Shown here: positions 30,372-40,006 of the stretch, one piece after another
Layout: the number at the start of each line of letters is the position of its first letter
Numbering within the stretch: position 1 is the stretch's first letter
DNA from: Devosiaceae bacterium
GTDB lineage: Bacteria > Pseudomonadota > Alphaproteobacteria > Rhizobiales > Devosiaceae
NCBI GenBank assembly: GCA_965284115.1
Contig: CBDIRF010000010.1
Location: 71,171-135,170 of the forward strand
Direction: 5' to 3'
Length of the DNA: 64,000 nucleotides
Translations under genes and position numbers: made by a program
The notes under the pieces: model-generated
What the model was told of the DNA's origin: nothing
The model's database searches: none
Seen by the model: only the letters and a program-made list of their open reading frames with translations

Positions 30372-31260
30372 TAGATCCGGAGGCCGAGTTCAGCACAATA
30401 TCGGTCGAAAGGCGCTGAAAACCAAACTCGCGCAACGTGCATTGCCAGGAGGTGCCGAGGCGCTGGATCGAGAACAGGTTGTAGCGCGCCGGATCGTGCC
30501 CACCGGTATCGCCTTGGGCGGCGCCGGCCGCCGCGACGCCGACCACCGGCACGTCGCCATGCGGGCCGGGTATGGCATAGATCGAGGATTGGTGGGTATG
30601 GCCGTGCAGCACCAGCTCGGCCCCGTGCTCGGCGATGACGCGGCGAAAGACCTTGGCGCCGTAAAGGCCGAGGCGCGGATGCGCCTGTTCCTGGTTGGGC
30701 GGATGGTGGATCAGGACGACGCGGAAATAGCCGCCATCGCCGAGCAGCTTCAGGCAGCGGGCGAGGCGCGCCGCCTGGTCTGCCTCGAAGCGTCCGGCGG
30801 CGATCCAGGGGGCGGTGGGCACGGCGCTGTTGCACGAGATGATGGCGACATCGCCGACGCGGCGGACGAACGGGAAGGCGTGGTCATCGACGGTTTCGCC
30901 CATGACGTAGCCGTCCCAGCGCTCCATTGCCCGCTCCAGCGCGCCCTTGAGATAGGCGTCGTGGTTGCCGGGCGAGATGCAGACCTGTTCGGGCGGGCCC
31001 AGGGTCTCGAGCCAGTTGTAGGCGGTGTTGATCTCGGCATCGAGCGCCAGGTTGACCAGATCGCCGGTGACGGCAGTGAAATCCGGGTTCTGCTCGCGCA
31101 GGTGGCGCACCAGCTTGGTCAGGCCGTCGCCCGCCATGGTGTGCTCGCGTTTGATCTTCCAGTTGAGGAAGCCGGTGATCCGTTTGTTCATCAGGTCGCG
31201 CGCCCGGACAGGCGGCAGCGGGGCCAGGTGAACGTCGGACAGGTGGGCGAGCGTGATCAT
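30368..31260 (-). CDS. Calcineurin-like metallophosphoesterase; frameshift near 30389
   Basis: SDVH, TGDLVN, PGNHD, IHHPP, HGHTH; likely true end LGLRIY* at 30368. Confidence 0.88.
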
Positions 31261-31355
31261 TGCCCGGCGTAATGCCATGCGGCGCGTGGCAAGAAAATGC
31301 CCTAAATAGCTCCGCCGCCAATTGAACGTCGGCGCGACCATCCCCAAGGAGCACA

Positions 31356-31835
31356 ATGAACAGGACCATGAGCCGTTGGCAGCGCGTCAGGACCAGCGCG
31401 CATCTGTTCATCGTCGGGGTGCGCCGCCGCATGGTGCTGGGCACCCGCGCCGCGCTGCTCGATGGCGAGCGGGTGCTGCTGCTCAGGCACACCTACATGC
31501 CGGGCTGGCATTTCCCAGGCGGCGGCGTCGAGCCGGGCGAGACGGCCGAGGACGCGGCGCGCCGCGAAGCCGAGGAGGAGACCGGCCTCAGGGTCGAAGG
31601 CCGGATGCGGCTCCTCGGGCTCTACCTGCAGATGCACGAGGCGACCAATCGCGACCATGTGGCGGTTTATGTCAGCCGCAATTTTCGCGAGATCAAGCCG
31701 TTCCGGCCCAATGGCGAGATCGCCGAGATCGGCTGGTTCCGGCTCGACCAACTGCCGGACGGGGTGAACCCCGGCACGGCCCGGCGCATCGCCGAGATCG
31801 CCTCGGGAACCGAGGATTTGCCGGGGTTGTGGTAG
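31356..31835 (+). CDS. NUDIX hydrolase
   Basis: Nudix box [23 protein letters not shown]. Confidence 0.92.
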   Translation: MNRTMSRWQRVRTSAHLFIVGVRRRMVLGTRAALLDGERVLLLRHTYMPGWHFPGGGVEPGETAEDAARREAEEETGLRVEGRMRLLGLYLQMHEATNRDHVAVYVSRNFREIKPFRPNGEIAEIGWFRLDQLPDGVNPGTARRIAEIASGTEDLPGLW

Positions 31836-31867
31836 GGGGCGCAGCCCGCGGGGCCGGCAGTCGGGAC

Positions 31868-31972
31868 CGTCCCCGCAAGCGCAGGGAAATTGCATATGAG
31901 CGCTGACAGGAGAAGGCAAGAGGTGCCCTCCGCCGCCATATGCGATAGCCCTGCCCGCAAGCGGGAGAGGGC
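31868..31972. repeat. Degenerate palindromic repeat
   Basis: ccctgcccgcaagcgggagaggg plus the decayed partner tccccgcaagcgcaggga. Confidence 0.55.
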
Positions 31973-32006
31973 ACCCGACTGCACGAGCGGTGCTGCCGGG
32001 CTTTCC

Positions 32007-33629
32007 CTAGCGCTCGGGCAAGCCGAGTTCGACCAGCACCGCCATGACGCGCCGCGAGGCTTCCATGAAGGCCGGGCTGACGTTCAGCGCTGGCGGCTCG
32101 ACATTGGCGGTGGTCGATCCGGGCCGCAACTGCATGCCGGTGGCGAATGCTGCCCTCGCCTCGGCGGTGCGGCCGAGGCGCTGGTAGGCGGTGGCGAGCA
32201 TCAGGTGGGTGCGGCCGGAACCGGGGGTGACGGCGATCGAACGCTCGAGCCACAGCACGGCTTCCGCATCCCGCCCAAGCAGCACGTTGGCCCAGCCGAT
32301 GCCCAACAACCAGGTCCAGCGCGATACGGCCGGCGTGTCATAGCGATAGGCCTCCTCGAAGCTCGCGAGCGCATCCTCGAAGCGCCCGAGGAACACCTGG
32401 GCGAGGCCGGTCTGATACAACGCCGAGCCGTTCCACGGGTCAAAGCTGGTGGCCCTGGCGCAGGCGACAAGGCTTTCGATGAACGCGTTGGTGGCGGCGA
32501 GGAACCGGCACTGCGCCTCGAGCACGGCGATGGAGCGCGGGCGCAGCGCCACGGCCCGGCTCAGCATCTCGGCGCCGTTGGTCCGCGCCGCGGTCGCTTC
32601 GGCCTTGTCGTACCAGACCATCTGGATGCCGCGGGTCTGCAGTGCCGCGAGCGCTACCTGCAGGTCGATATTGTCGGGCGCCGTGGCGAGGGCGCCCTGC
32701 AGCATCCGCTGTGCCACGGCGAAGCGCTCACGCGAGGTCTGGTTGATCGAGGCCGAGGCCTGCTCGATGGCGACCCGGGCGCCGGGCGCCGGTTCAACCG
32801 CGGCGGGGGACCGGCTCTCCAGCAACTCGTTGAACCAGCGGGCCAGCCGATCGCCGGCCCCGGCAGCGAGCCGGGTCTCCCGCAACGCGGGCTCGACGGC
32901 GTCATCGACGGTGGCAGTGGCCACCGACTCGACAACGCCGGTTGCAGTACTGATGGCGCGCAGCTTCAGCGTCCAGGCGCTGGCGGTACGGAGCAGTTCA
33001 CCGCGCACTTCGAACCGCGCCCCTGAAGTGGTTTCCGGCTGAGGCGCGATGACGCGCAGATTGTCGATGCGGGCGAGACCGTCGACCAGTTGATCCGTCA
33101 CCCCCGCAGCGAGGGCGCTGCCCTGGCCGCCGGTGGTATCGACGATCGGCAGCACGGCAATGGTCGGCGGCGCCGGCGCCAGCAGGTTGGGCAGGATGGT
33201 GACGGCAAGCGCTGCGACGGCAATGAGGCCAGCGGCGAGCGCGAGCCCGAAGCGGCGGCTGCCACGCAGCCATCCCGTGGCCGGGGCGACGGGCGGTGGC
33301 GGCGTGGCCGGCCCCGCCGCATCGCTGGCGACCTCGGCGGCGAACAGGTAGCCGCGGCCGGAGATCAGCTTGACGATCTGGCGCTGCTCGTCGCCGAGCG
33401 CGGCGCGGATCTCGCGGATACATTGGAACAGCCCGTCCTCGCCGACGTGAATGTTCGGCCAGACCGCTTCCATCAGCTCCTGCTTGCTCAGCACGCGGCC
33501 GGGATTGGCGGCGAACAGGCGAAGCATCTCGAATGTCTTGGGGCGCAGCCGCACCGGCGTGCCAGCGGGACCGCGCAGTTCTGCACGCTCCTCATCCAGC
33601 TCGAATCCGGCAAACCGGGTCGTCGCCAT
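32007..33629 (-). CDS. CadC/ToxR-like winged-helix, TM, TolB-like/TPR transcriptional regulator
   Basis: FAGFELD...LRPKTFEML...SKQELMEAVWP...CIREIRAALGD...GRGY; TM; TPR repeats. Confidence 0.88.
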   Translation of the reverse strand: MATTRFAGFELDEERAELRGPAGTPVRLRPKTFEMLRLFAANPGRVLSKQELMEAVWPNIHVGEDGLFQCIREIRAALGDEQRQIVKLISGRGYLFAAEVASDAAGPATPPPPVAPATGWLRGSRRFGLALAAGLIAVAALAVTILPNLLAPAPPTIAVLPIVDTTGGQGSALAAGVTDQLVDGLARIDNLRVIAPQPETTSGARFEVRGELLRTASAWTLKLRAISTATGVVESVATATVDDAVEPALRETRLAAGAGDRLARWFNELLESRSPAAVEPAPGARVAIEQASASINQTSRERFAVAQRMLQGALATAPDNIDLQVALAALQTRGIQMVWYDKAEATAARTNGAEMLSRAVALRPRSIAVLEAQCRFLAATNAFIESLVACARATSFDPWNGSALYQTGLAQVFLGRFEDALASFEEAYRYDTPAVSRWTWLLGIGWANVLLGRDAEAVLWLERSIAVTPGSGRTHLMLATAYQRLGRTAEARAAFATGMQLRPGSTTANVEPPALNVSPAFMEASRRVMAVLVELGLPER

Positions 33630-33699
33630 GCCCTGGGCCCCCGGCGCACTCGATGCCCCGTCGCTTCGGCGATTTCAAGCCGCGCAAGCGAATGTGACG

Positions 33700-33740
33700 A
33701 ATTTCAGAAAAATTTCAGAACGGCACCGCGGCACTTTCAG
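33700..33740 (+). promoter_or_regulatory. Phased direct repeats, candidate winged-helix binding site
   Basis: aatttcagaa at 33700 and 33711; third tttcag at 33735, in 11-bp phase. Confidence 0.55.
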
Positions 33741-33801
33741 GACTCGGCTGACGCGCAATGGGATGAGAGAGCGCCGCCCCGGGTCCGGGGCAGGGGGCTG
33801 G

Positions 33802-36654
33802 ATGTATATGTTCGATCAAGGGTCGGCGAACACCCGCACGGTGGGCGCCGCGCGGCGCGTGGGCAGGTTGCGGGCATTGCTGCTGGTGACGACCGCGCTA
33901 GGCGTTGCAGCCTTGTCGCCGTCGCGGGCGGAAGAGTGGATCAACCCCGGCACCGGCAACTGGCTGGACCCTGCGAACTGGGACCTCGGGACCCTGCCGG
34001 ACGGGGCGGACCTCTCGGTGATCGGCAATGGCGGCACCGCCGAGGTGCGCGATGGCGGGGCAGCCGCCAGCGAGAACGCTGTCATCGGCAGCGTCGATGG
34101 CAATGGCACGCTCAAGCTAACCGGCGCCGGTTCCAGCCTTGGCATCGGCAATAACCTCTATGTCGGCGACTACAGCCTCGGCACGCTCGAGGTCAGCAGC
34201 GGGGGCGAGGTGAGCATCGGCCAGACCGCCTTTGTCGGGGCCAATGTCGGGAGCACCGGCCTTGTGACGGTGAGCGGCGCCGGGTCGGTGTTCGACACGG
34301 TGTTCCTCGTCGTGGGCAATTCCGGCGAGGGCACCATCGAGGTCAGCGATGGCGGCACGCTGCAATCGCAGAACTCCGAGATGGGCTATAACGGCGGCGG
34401 AAAGGGCAGGGTCGTCGTGGACGGCGCCGGGTCGGGCTGGAGCACCGGCGCGCTGCTGGTCGGGCGCAGCGGCGAAGCGACCGTGGCGATCACTGCCGGC
34501 GGCGCCGTGAGCAGCAGCTACAGCGTTCTTGGGGTCAACGGTGCGGCCCGCGGCGAGGTACTGGTCGATGGTCCCGGTTCGCGCTGGACTCTCGGCGACA
34601 CGCTGGTGATCGGCGATGAAGGCAGCGGCACACTGACCATCCGCAAGGGCGGCGTGGTCGGCAGCGGCGCGGCGCGGATCGCCAGCTCCATGGCCGGCGG
34701 GCAGGGCGCTGTCACGGTCGATGGCGCCGGCTCGCGCTGGAGCGTCGATGGGACACTCAATCTGGGAGAACTCGGCGAAGGCACGCTGACCATCAGCAAT
34801 GGCGGGGCGGTCGATGCCGACAGCGTGGTGATCGGCGTGACCGGCACGCTGACGATCGGTGCACCCGTGGCCAGCGCGCCAGTTGCCGCGGGGGCGCTCG
34901 ATACCGACAGCATTGTCATGGGTGGCGCGGGCGCGGGGCTGATCTTCAACCACAGCAGCGCCAGTTACACCCTCGGTGCCGACATTTCGGGCGGGGGCTC
35001 GATCGTCCAGATGGGCAGCGGGACCACCACACTGATCGGCGACAACAGCCAGTTCGATGGCCCCATCCAGGTGATGGACGGCGAGCTCAGGGTCGGCAAT
35101 TTCAACACCTTTGCGAGTCTGGGCGGCTACGTGACCGTCACCGGCGGCAAGCTGGGTGGCACGGGCCTGATCAAGGGCGCCAGCATCGCCGATGGTGGCA
35201 CGCTGGCTCCGGGCGATGGCGGAATCGGCACCCTCGCATTCGGCTATCTCTACATGGCGGGCGGCTCGACTTACGAAGTCGAGATCACCTCCGGCTCCAG
35301 CGACCTGGTCCAGGTCACGGGTATCGCGTTTCTGGAGGGAGCCGACATCAACCTCAAGCGCGGCATGGGACCGCTGGCCCTGGGCTCCGGCTACACGATC
35401 CTCAGTGCCGACGCCGGCATCTATGGCAGCTTCGGCGACATCGTCTCGGACTATGCGTTCGTTACGCCTTCGCTGGTCTACTATCCCGACTACTACGGCA
35501 CCAACCTCGCGACGATCGAGTTCGCGCGCAACGGGGTGGCATTCGCCGATGTGGCGACGACGGCCAACCAGGCGAGAGCCGCTGCGGCGATCGAGGCGCA
35601 GGGCGGCGGTGGCATGTACAGCACCATCTTCAGCCTCAACGAGGCTGAAGCGCAGGCGGCATTCGACGTGCTGTCGGGCGAGGGGCATGCGACGCTCAAG
35701 GGCGTGCTGATGGACAATGCCGGGCTGGTGTCGGATGCGCTGCTGCAGCGGCTGGATGCGGCGCGGACGCTCGACGGCTCGGGCGCCGCCAGCGGCTATG
35801 CGGCGCTGCCCAAGCTGCCGGAGGCGGGTGGCGGCAACGCCATCTGGGGTCAGTTCTATGGTGGTCTCGGCGAGCGGGCCGGTGACGGCAACGCGGCGAG
35901 CGCCGCCTCCAGTTCGGGCGGGGTGCTGCTCGGGGCGGATGCCGAAGTCGGCGACTGGCAGCTTGGTGTGGCGGCACAACTGGGGCAGACGCAGGTGTCG
36001 ATCGCCGATCGCACCAGCGAGGCGACCACCGCCGATATCGGGGCCGGGTTCTATGCCGGGACCAGTTGGGGTGACACCAGCCTCTCGCTCGCCGGGACGG
36101 TGACCCAGCATGCCATCTCGACCAGCCGCGAGGTGGGGTTCGGGCTCAACGAGACGTTGACCGCCGACTATGGCGCGACGACCGGGCAGGTGGTCGCCGA
36201 GCTCGAGCATGAGTTCGATTTCGGCGCCGCGAGCCTGCTGCCTTATGCGAGCGTGGGTCATGTCGTCCAGGCTACCGACGGCTTTCAGGAAGTCGGGAAC
36301 GGTGCTGGCGCGGCGCTGTCGGGCGAGGCCGACCTGGTCAATCAATCCTTCGCCACGCTGGGTCTGCGTGGCGCGTATCAATTCGTGGTGGGCCAGGGTG
36401 GTCTTGCGACATTCAGCGGTGGCATCGGCTGGCGTCGTGGTTTTGGTGAGGCGCCCACCGCGCAACTCGGGTTCCTCGGCGGCTCGCCATTCGACATCGC
36501 AGCCACCCCCGCCGCTGTGGACGCGCTCGAACTCGAGGCCGGGCTCGATCTCGACCTCGCTGGGGGCCTCGACCTCCAGGTGAACTATCTCGGCCAGGCC
36601 GTGGCGGGCGGGCAGTCGCACGCGCTGCGCGCCGGGGTCGGCGGAGAGTTTTGA
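33802..36654 (+). CDS. Autotransporter (type Va) with Gly-rich beta-strand repeats
   Basis: LLVTTAL signal, repeats of V.V.G.GS.W....L.VG..G.G.L.I..GG.V, FD.LSGE.HA linker, beta-barrel ending in F. Confidence 0.9.
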   Translation: MYMFDQGSANTRTVGAARRVGRLRALLLVTTALGVAALSPSRAEEWINPGTGNWLDPANWDLGTLPDGADLSVIGNGGTAEVRDGGAAASENAVIGSVDGNGTLKLTGAGSSLGIGNNLYVGDYSLGTLEVSSGGEVSIGQTAFVGANVGSTGLVTVSGAGSVFDTVFLVVGNSGEGTIEVSDGGTLQSQNSEMGYNGGGKGRVVVDGAGSGWSTGALLVGRSGEATVAITAGGAVSSSYSVLGVNGAARGEVLVDGPGSRWTLGDTLVIGDEGSGTLTIRKGGVVGSGAARIASSMAGGQGAVTVDGAGSRWSVDGTLNLGELGEGTLTISNGGAVDADSVVIGVTGTLTIGAPVASAPVAAGALDTDSIVMGGAGAGLIFNHSSASYTLGADISGGGSIVQMGSGTTTLIGDNSQFDGPIQVMDGELRVGNFNTFASLGGYVTVTGGKLGGTGLIKGASIADGGTLAPGDGGIGTLAFGYLYMAGGSTYEVEITSGSSDLVQVTGIAFLEGADINLKRGMGPLALGSGYTILSADAGIYGSFGDIVSDYAFVTPSLVYYPDYYGTNLATIEFARNGVAFADVATTANQARAAAAIEAQGGGGMYSTIFSLNEAEAQAAFDVLSGEGHATLKGVLMDNAGLVSDALLQRLDAARTLDGSGAASGYAALPKLPEAGGGNAIWGQFYGGLGERAGDGNAASAASSSGGVLLGADAEVGDWQLGVAAQLGQTQVSIADRTSEATTADIGAGFYAGTSWGDTSLSLAGTVTQHAISTSREVGFGLNETLTADYGATTGQVVAELEHEFDFGAASLLPYASVGHVVQATDGFQEVGNGAGAALSGEADLVNQSFATLGLRGAYQFVVGQGGLATFSGGIGWRRGFGEAPTAQLGFLGGSPFDIAATPAAVDALELEAGLDLDLAGGLDLQVNYLGQAVAGGQSHALRAGVGGEF

Positions 36655-37733
36655 TGCAGCTCTACGCTGTCGATACGCGGGGGAGCCGTCGACGCGCGCC
36701 GGTGCGGCTGACCGTTGCGGCGATCATCCCGCTTTACAATGGCCGTGCTTTCATCGAGGCGGCGCTAGTGAGCGTCCTCGGGCAAACCAGGCCGCCGGAC
36801 GAGATCCTGGTTGTCGACGATGGGTCCACCGACGACGGCCCGGCCCTGGTGGCGCGCCTCGCCGCCAGCCACCCTGAGATCAGGCTGCTGTGGAAGCCCA
36901 ATGGCGGCCAGTCGTCGGCACGAAATTTCGGAGTGAAGCACTCGAGCGGCGGGCTGATCGCGCTGCTCGACCAGGATGACGCGTGGTACCCCCAGCATAT
37001 CGAGCGGCTGATCGAAGCATTCGAGAGCGGAGACGGGCCGCACCGACTCGGCTGGAGTTATTCGAATCTCGATGAGGTCGATCGCGCCGGCAACATGGTG
37101 CTGCGCCGGCGCATCGCGCCCGACCACCATCCCAAGACCAGCGTCTACAAATGCCTCGAACGCGACATGTACGTGCTGCCGAGCGCCGCGCTGATTTCGC
37201 GCGAGGCCTTCGAGGCGGTTGGCGGGTTCGACGAAGACCTCGTCGGCTACGAGGACGACGACCTGTTCTTCCGGCTGTTCCGCGCCGGCTACGGCAATGT
37301 CTATGTCGATGAGGCGCTGTCGATGTGGCGCATCTACAGCTCGTCGACCTCGTCGACGCCGCGCATGGCGCAATCGCGCATGCTCTATGCCCGCAAGCTG
37401 TTGGCGGAGTTTCCCGACGAACCCGAGCATGGCCGCTACTGGGCGCGCGACATCATCGCCCCACGGTTCCTTCGCAACTTCGTCGGTGACGTGTTCAAGG
37501 CCGCCAGGTTCGAGCGGCCCGAGACGCTGAGATTTTCGGCGGCCTGCCTCAAGGAGCTGCTGCCGCACTTGCCGCTGCGGCACCGCCTTGTCCTGTCGCT
37601 GTCGCTGCCGCTGCTCAAGAGCTACCCGATGCTGCGGCTGCTGTACCGCACGAGGCTGCTGCACCTGGGTGGCCAACTGCTGGGAACGGGAGGGCGGTCG
37701 AGCTTCGCCACGGATCCGGTGCGCCCGTCGTGA
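36654..37733 (+). CDS. Glycosyltransferase family 2
   Basis: IIPLYNG, VVDDGSTD, NGGQSSARN.G, LDQDD, GGFDE, ED.D; TGATG coupling to the autotransporter. Confidence 0.92.
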   Translation: MQLYAVDTRGSRRRAPVRLTVAAIIPLYNGRAFIEAALVSVLGQTRPPDEILVVDDGSTDDGPALVARLAASHPEIRLLWKPNGGQSSARNFGVKHSSGGLIALLDQDDAWYPQHIERLIEAFESGDGPHRLGWSYSNLDEVDRAGNMVLRRRIAPDHHPKTSVYKCLERDMYVLPSAALISREAFEAVGGFDEDLVGYEDDDLFFRLFRAGYGNVYVDEALSMWRIYSSSTSSTPRMAQSRMLYARKLLAEFPDEPEHGRYWARDIIAPRFLRNFVGDVFKAARFERPETLRFSAACLKELLPHLPLRHRLVLSLSLPLLKSYPMLRLLYRTRLLHLGGQLLGTGGRSSFATDPVRPS

Positions 37734-37790
37734 CGGAATGGCGCGAGGGAGTGTTGGCTGTTCCTGCCAGGCGCCGAATGCGGCGACGCC

Positions 37791-38366
37791 TTAGGCCGGC
37801 CGTGCCCCGATGCCTTCGACCACGAGCCGGACGATGCGCCGGATGTCGGCTTGGTTGAACCGGTCGGTGGCGAGGGCGGTGAGCATGGCCTGCCCGTAAA
37901 TGCCGAGCAGCAGCAGCGCCATGAAGTCGGGATCCTCGTCGGCGCGGACCACGCCCTGGTGCTGGCCGAGCACCAGGATGTCGCGGACCAGCCGCTGGAA
38001 CGATGGGCGGTCGGGCGGGGTGACCGAGGGGCGCTCGGCCGGGCTGAGCGCCAGCCGGGCCAGCGAGGGGTTGGCGAGGCACCAGCCGGCGCTGTCGAGC
38101 AGCACGGAGACGAGCAGCGGCAGCATCTCCTCGTTGGCGGCGAGACGGGCGCGATAGCCGGCATCGCCGGCCTCGACCCGGGCGATCAGGGTGAGGGCGA
38201 TCTCATCCTTGGAGCTGAACAGGTTGTAGAGCGTCTTGCGGGTCAGCCCGGCCCGCGTCGCGATCGCCTCCATCGAGGTGTCGGCAAAGCCCAGCTCGCG
38301 AAACGCCTGGTCGGCGGCGGCGAGGATCAGGGCGCGGGAGCGATCGGTGCGCTTTGGGGTTGTCAT
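37791..38366 (-). CDS. TetR/AcrR family regulator
   Basis: ILAAA..AF.E.GF..TSMEAIA.RAGLTRKTLYNLF.SK. Confidence 0.92.
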   Translation of the reverse strand: MTTPKRTDRSRALILAAADQAFRELGFADTSMEAIATRAGLTRKTLYNLFSSKDEIALTLIARVEAGDAGYRARLAANEEMLPLLVSVLLDSAGWCLANPSLARLALSPAERPSVTPPDRPSFQRLVRDILVLGQHQGVVRADEDPDFMALLLLGIYGQAMLTALATDRFNQADIRRIVRLVVEGIGARPA

Positions 38367-38390
38367 AAATATACAGTAGTGTAAATTTAT
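38365..38390. promoter_or_regulatory. Imperfect palindrome, probable TetR operator
   Basis: ataaatatacagtagtgtaaatttat fills most of the ~36-bp divergent gap. Confidence 0.65.
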
Positions 38391-38402
38391 ACGGATGTGA
38401 AG

Positions 38403-39113
38403 ATGCGGGACTACGAGATGTGGCAGGCGTTCGGGCCGGAAATCTGGATTGTCGATGGGCCGGTGGTTACCGCCGCGGCCGGGTTTCACTATCCGACGCG
38501 CATGACCATCATCCGGCTCAGCGGTGGCGACCTGGTGATCTGGTCGCCGGTGGCGCTGACGCCGCAACTGCGCGGCGAGGTGGAGGTGCTGGGGAACGTG
38601 CGCTACCTCGTGGCCCCCAACACGCTGCATGACAGCTTCATCGCCGACTGGCACCGCGTCTTTCCGGTGGCGCAGGTGCTGGCGGCGCCGGGGCTGCGCG
38701 AAAAACGGGCCGACCTCAGGTTCGGGGCGGATCTCGGCAATACGGCGGTGCCCGGCTGGACCGGCGAGATCGAGGTCGTCCTGGTGCGCGGCAACCGCAT
38801 CACCACCGAGGCGGTGGCCTTCCATCGGCCGAGCGGCACGGTGATCTTCACCGACCTGTTGCAGCGGTTCCCGCCCGGCTGGTTCAAGGGCTGGCGGGCG
38901 CTGGTGGCGCGGCTCGACCTGATGCTGGCCGACGAGCCCTCGGTGCCGCGAAAATTCCGCGTCGCCTTCTCGGACAAGCGGGTCGCCCGGGCGGCGCTGC
39001 GCCGCATCCTCGCCTGGCGCGCCGACAAGGTGATCATGGCGCATGGAACGCCGGTGACCCGCGGCGGCTACGCCCATCTCAAGCGGGCTTTTGGCTGGCT
39101 CGGGAAATGGTGA
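38403..39113 (+). CDS. DUF4336 family protein (MBL-like)
   Basis: TRMTIIRL..G.L.IWSPV, LVAPN..H, E.AVAFH.PSGT.IFTDL, IMAHG. Confidence 0.85.
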   Translation: MRDYEMWQAFGPEIWIVDGPVVTAAAGFHYPTRMTIIRLSGGDLVIWSPVALTPQLRGEVEVLGNVRYLVAPNTLHDSFIADWHRVFPVAQVLAAPGLREKRADLRFGADLGNTAVPGWTGEIEVVLVRGNRITTEAVAFHRPSGTVIFTDLLQRFPPGWFKGWRALVARLDLMLADEPSVPRKFRVAFSDKRVARAALRRILAWRADKVIMAHGTPVTRGGYAHLKRAFGWLGKW

Positions 39114-39369
39114 GGGCAGGGCTGGAACTGGCCGAGATTGTCGCGACCCGACCAAATGAGTTCATCGTCCACAAGTCCCGCCCTTACAAAACAGCCATCT
39201 GTTCACCTGCGCAGAGACGCAGTTGGTACGACTGAGCGAAGCGGTGCGGCTGAAAGGCGGAAGGCCGGATGATGGATGGAGTGGCGCTGTGACCAAACCG
39301 CACGCCGTCGCTTTTCGGTTGAGCGCAGGCACCGTCATGGCTAGGTAACTCACTTCGGAGGTAGACGTA

Positions 39370-39726
39370 GTGAGCGTGTGGCGCATCGTCACGAGGGATA
39401 TTGCGGCGGCACTGGCGGTGCTGGCGATAGTCCTTTTTTCGCTCAACGCCGTCGCGTCGCCATCGCATTCGTTCGCTTTCGACAGCTATGGCGCCAGCTC
39501 CGTCGCCAGCACCGGGTACTGTGGCGATGCCCAGGGCGACAAGGATCATCGTGCGCCGTGTCATGCCTGCCGTGCCGACGCAGTAGCTCTGCCCCCACCT
39601 CCGTGCGTATCGGAAGGCCTGATCCTCGTATCGGCGAATACTGACGCCGCGGTTCAGGCAGCGGTTGGGCGGCATTCGGCCGTATTCGTCGCGAACTCGC
39701 CGAGGGCGCCTCCTTCGGTTGGCTGA
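39370..39726 (+). CDS. DUF2946-like (CruR/CutF-type) leader protein
   Basis: N-terminal hydrophobic helix, CHAC, PPPP and C-terminal SPRAPP; heads the copper cluster. Confidence 0.75.
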   Translation: MSVWRIVTRDIAAALAVLAIVLFSLNAVASPSHSFAFDSYGASSVASTGYCGDAQGDKDHRAPCHACRADAVALPPPPCVSEGLILVSANTDAAVQAAVGRHSAVFVANSPRAPPSVG

Positions 39727-39783
39727 TCAACCAGGCGTCGCCTCGCGACGCCAACTATCGGTCAACCCATCGGAAGTCCCCCG

Positions 39784-40006
39784 ATGACCCGCATTCTGGC
39801 GCGTGCTGCGGCTACAGCAATGCTTCCCATGCCTGCTCTTGCTATCGCGCAATCCGCTGTTCCGGTCAGTGTTCGCCTTGCTGGAAGGGTTCTCGATCAC
39901 CGAAGGAGAGGTGACGGACCTCATAGCTTTTCTGGAAACGCTGACCGACGAAACATTCATCAACGACCCCCGCTTCGGCAATCCATTCGAAGGAAATGCA
40001 AAATGA
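39784..40006 (+). pseudogene. Probable deletion scar: signal-peptide gene start joined out of frame to the C-terminus of a di-heme MbnH-like enzyme
   Basis: MTRILARAAATAMLPMPALAIAQSAVPVSVRLAG, then in another frame LLEGFSITEGEVTDLIAFLETLTDETFINDPRFGNPF*. Confidence 0.6.
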
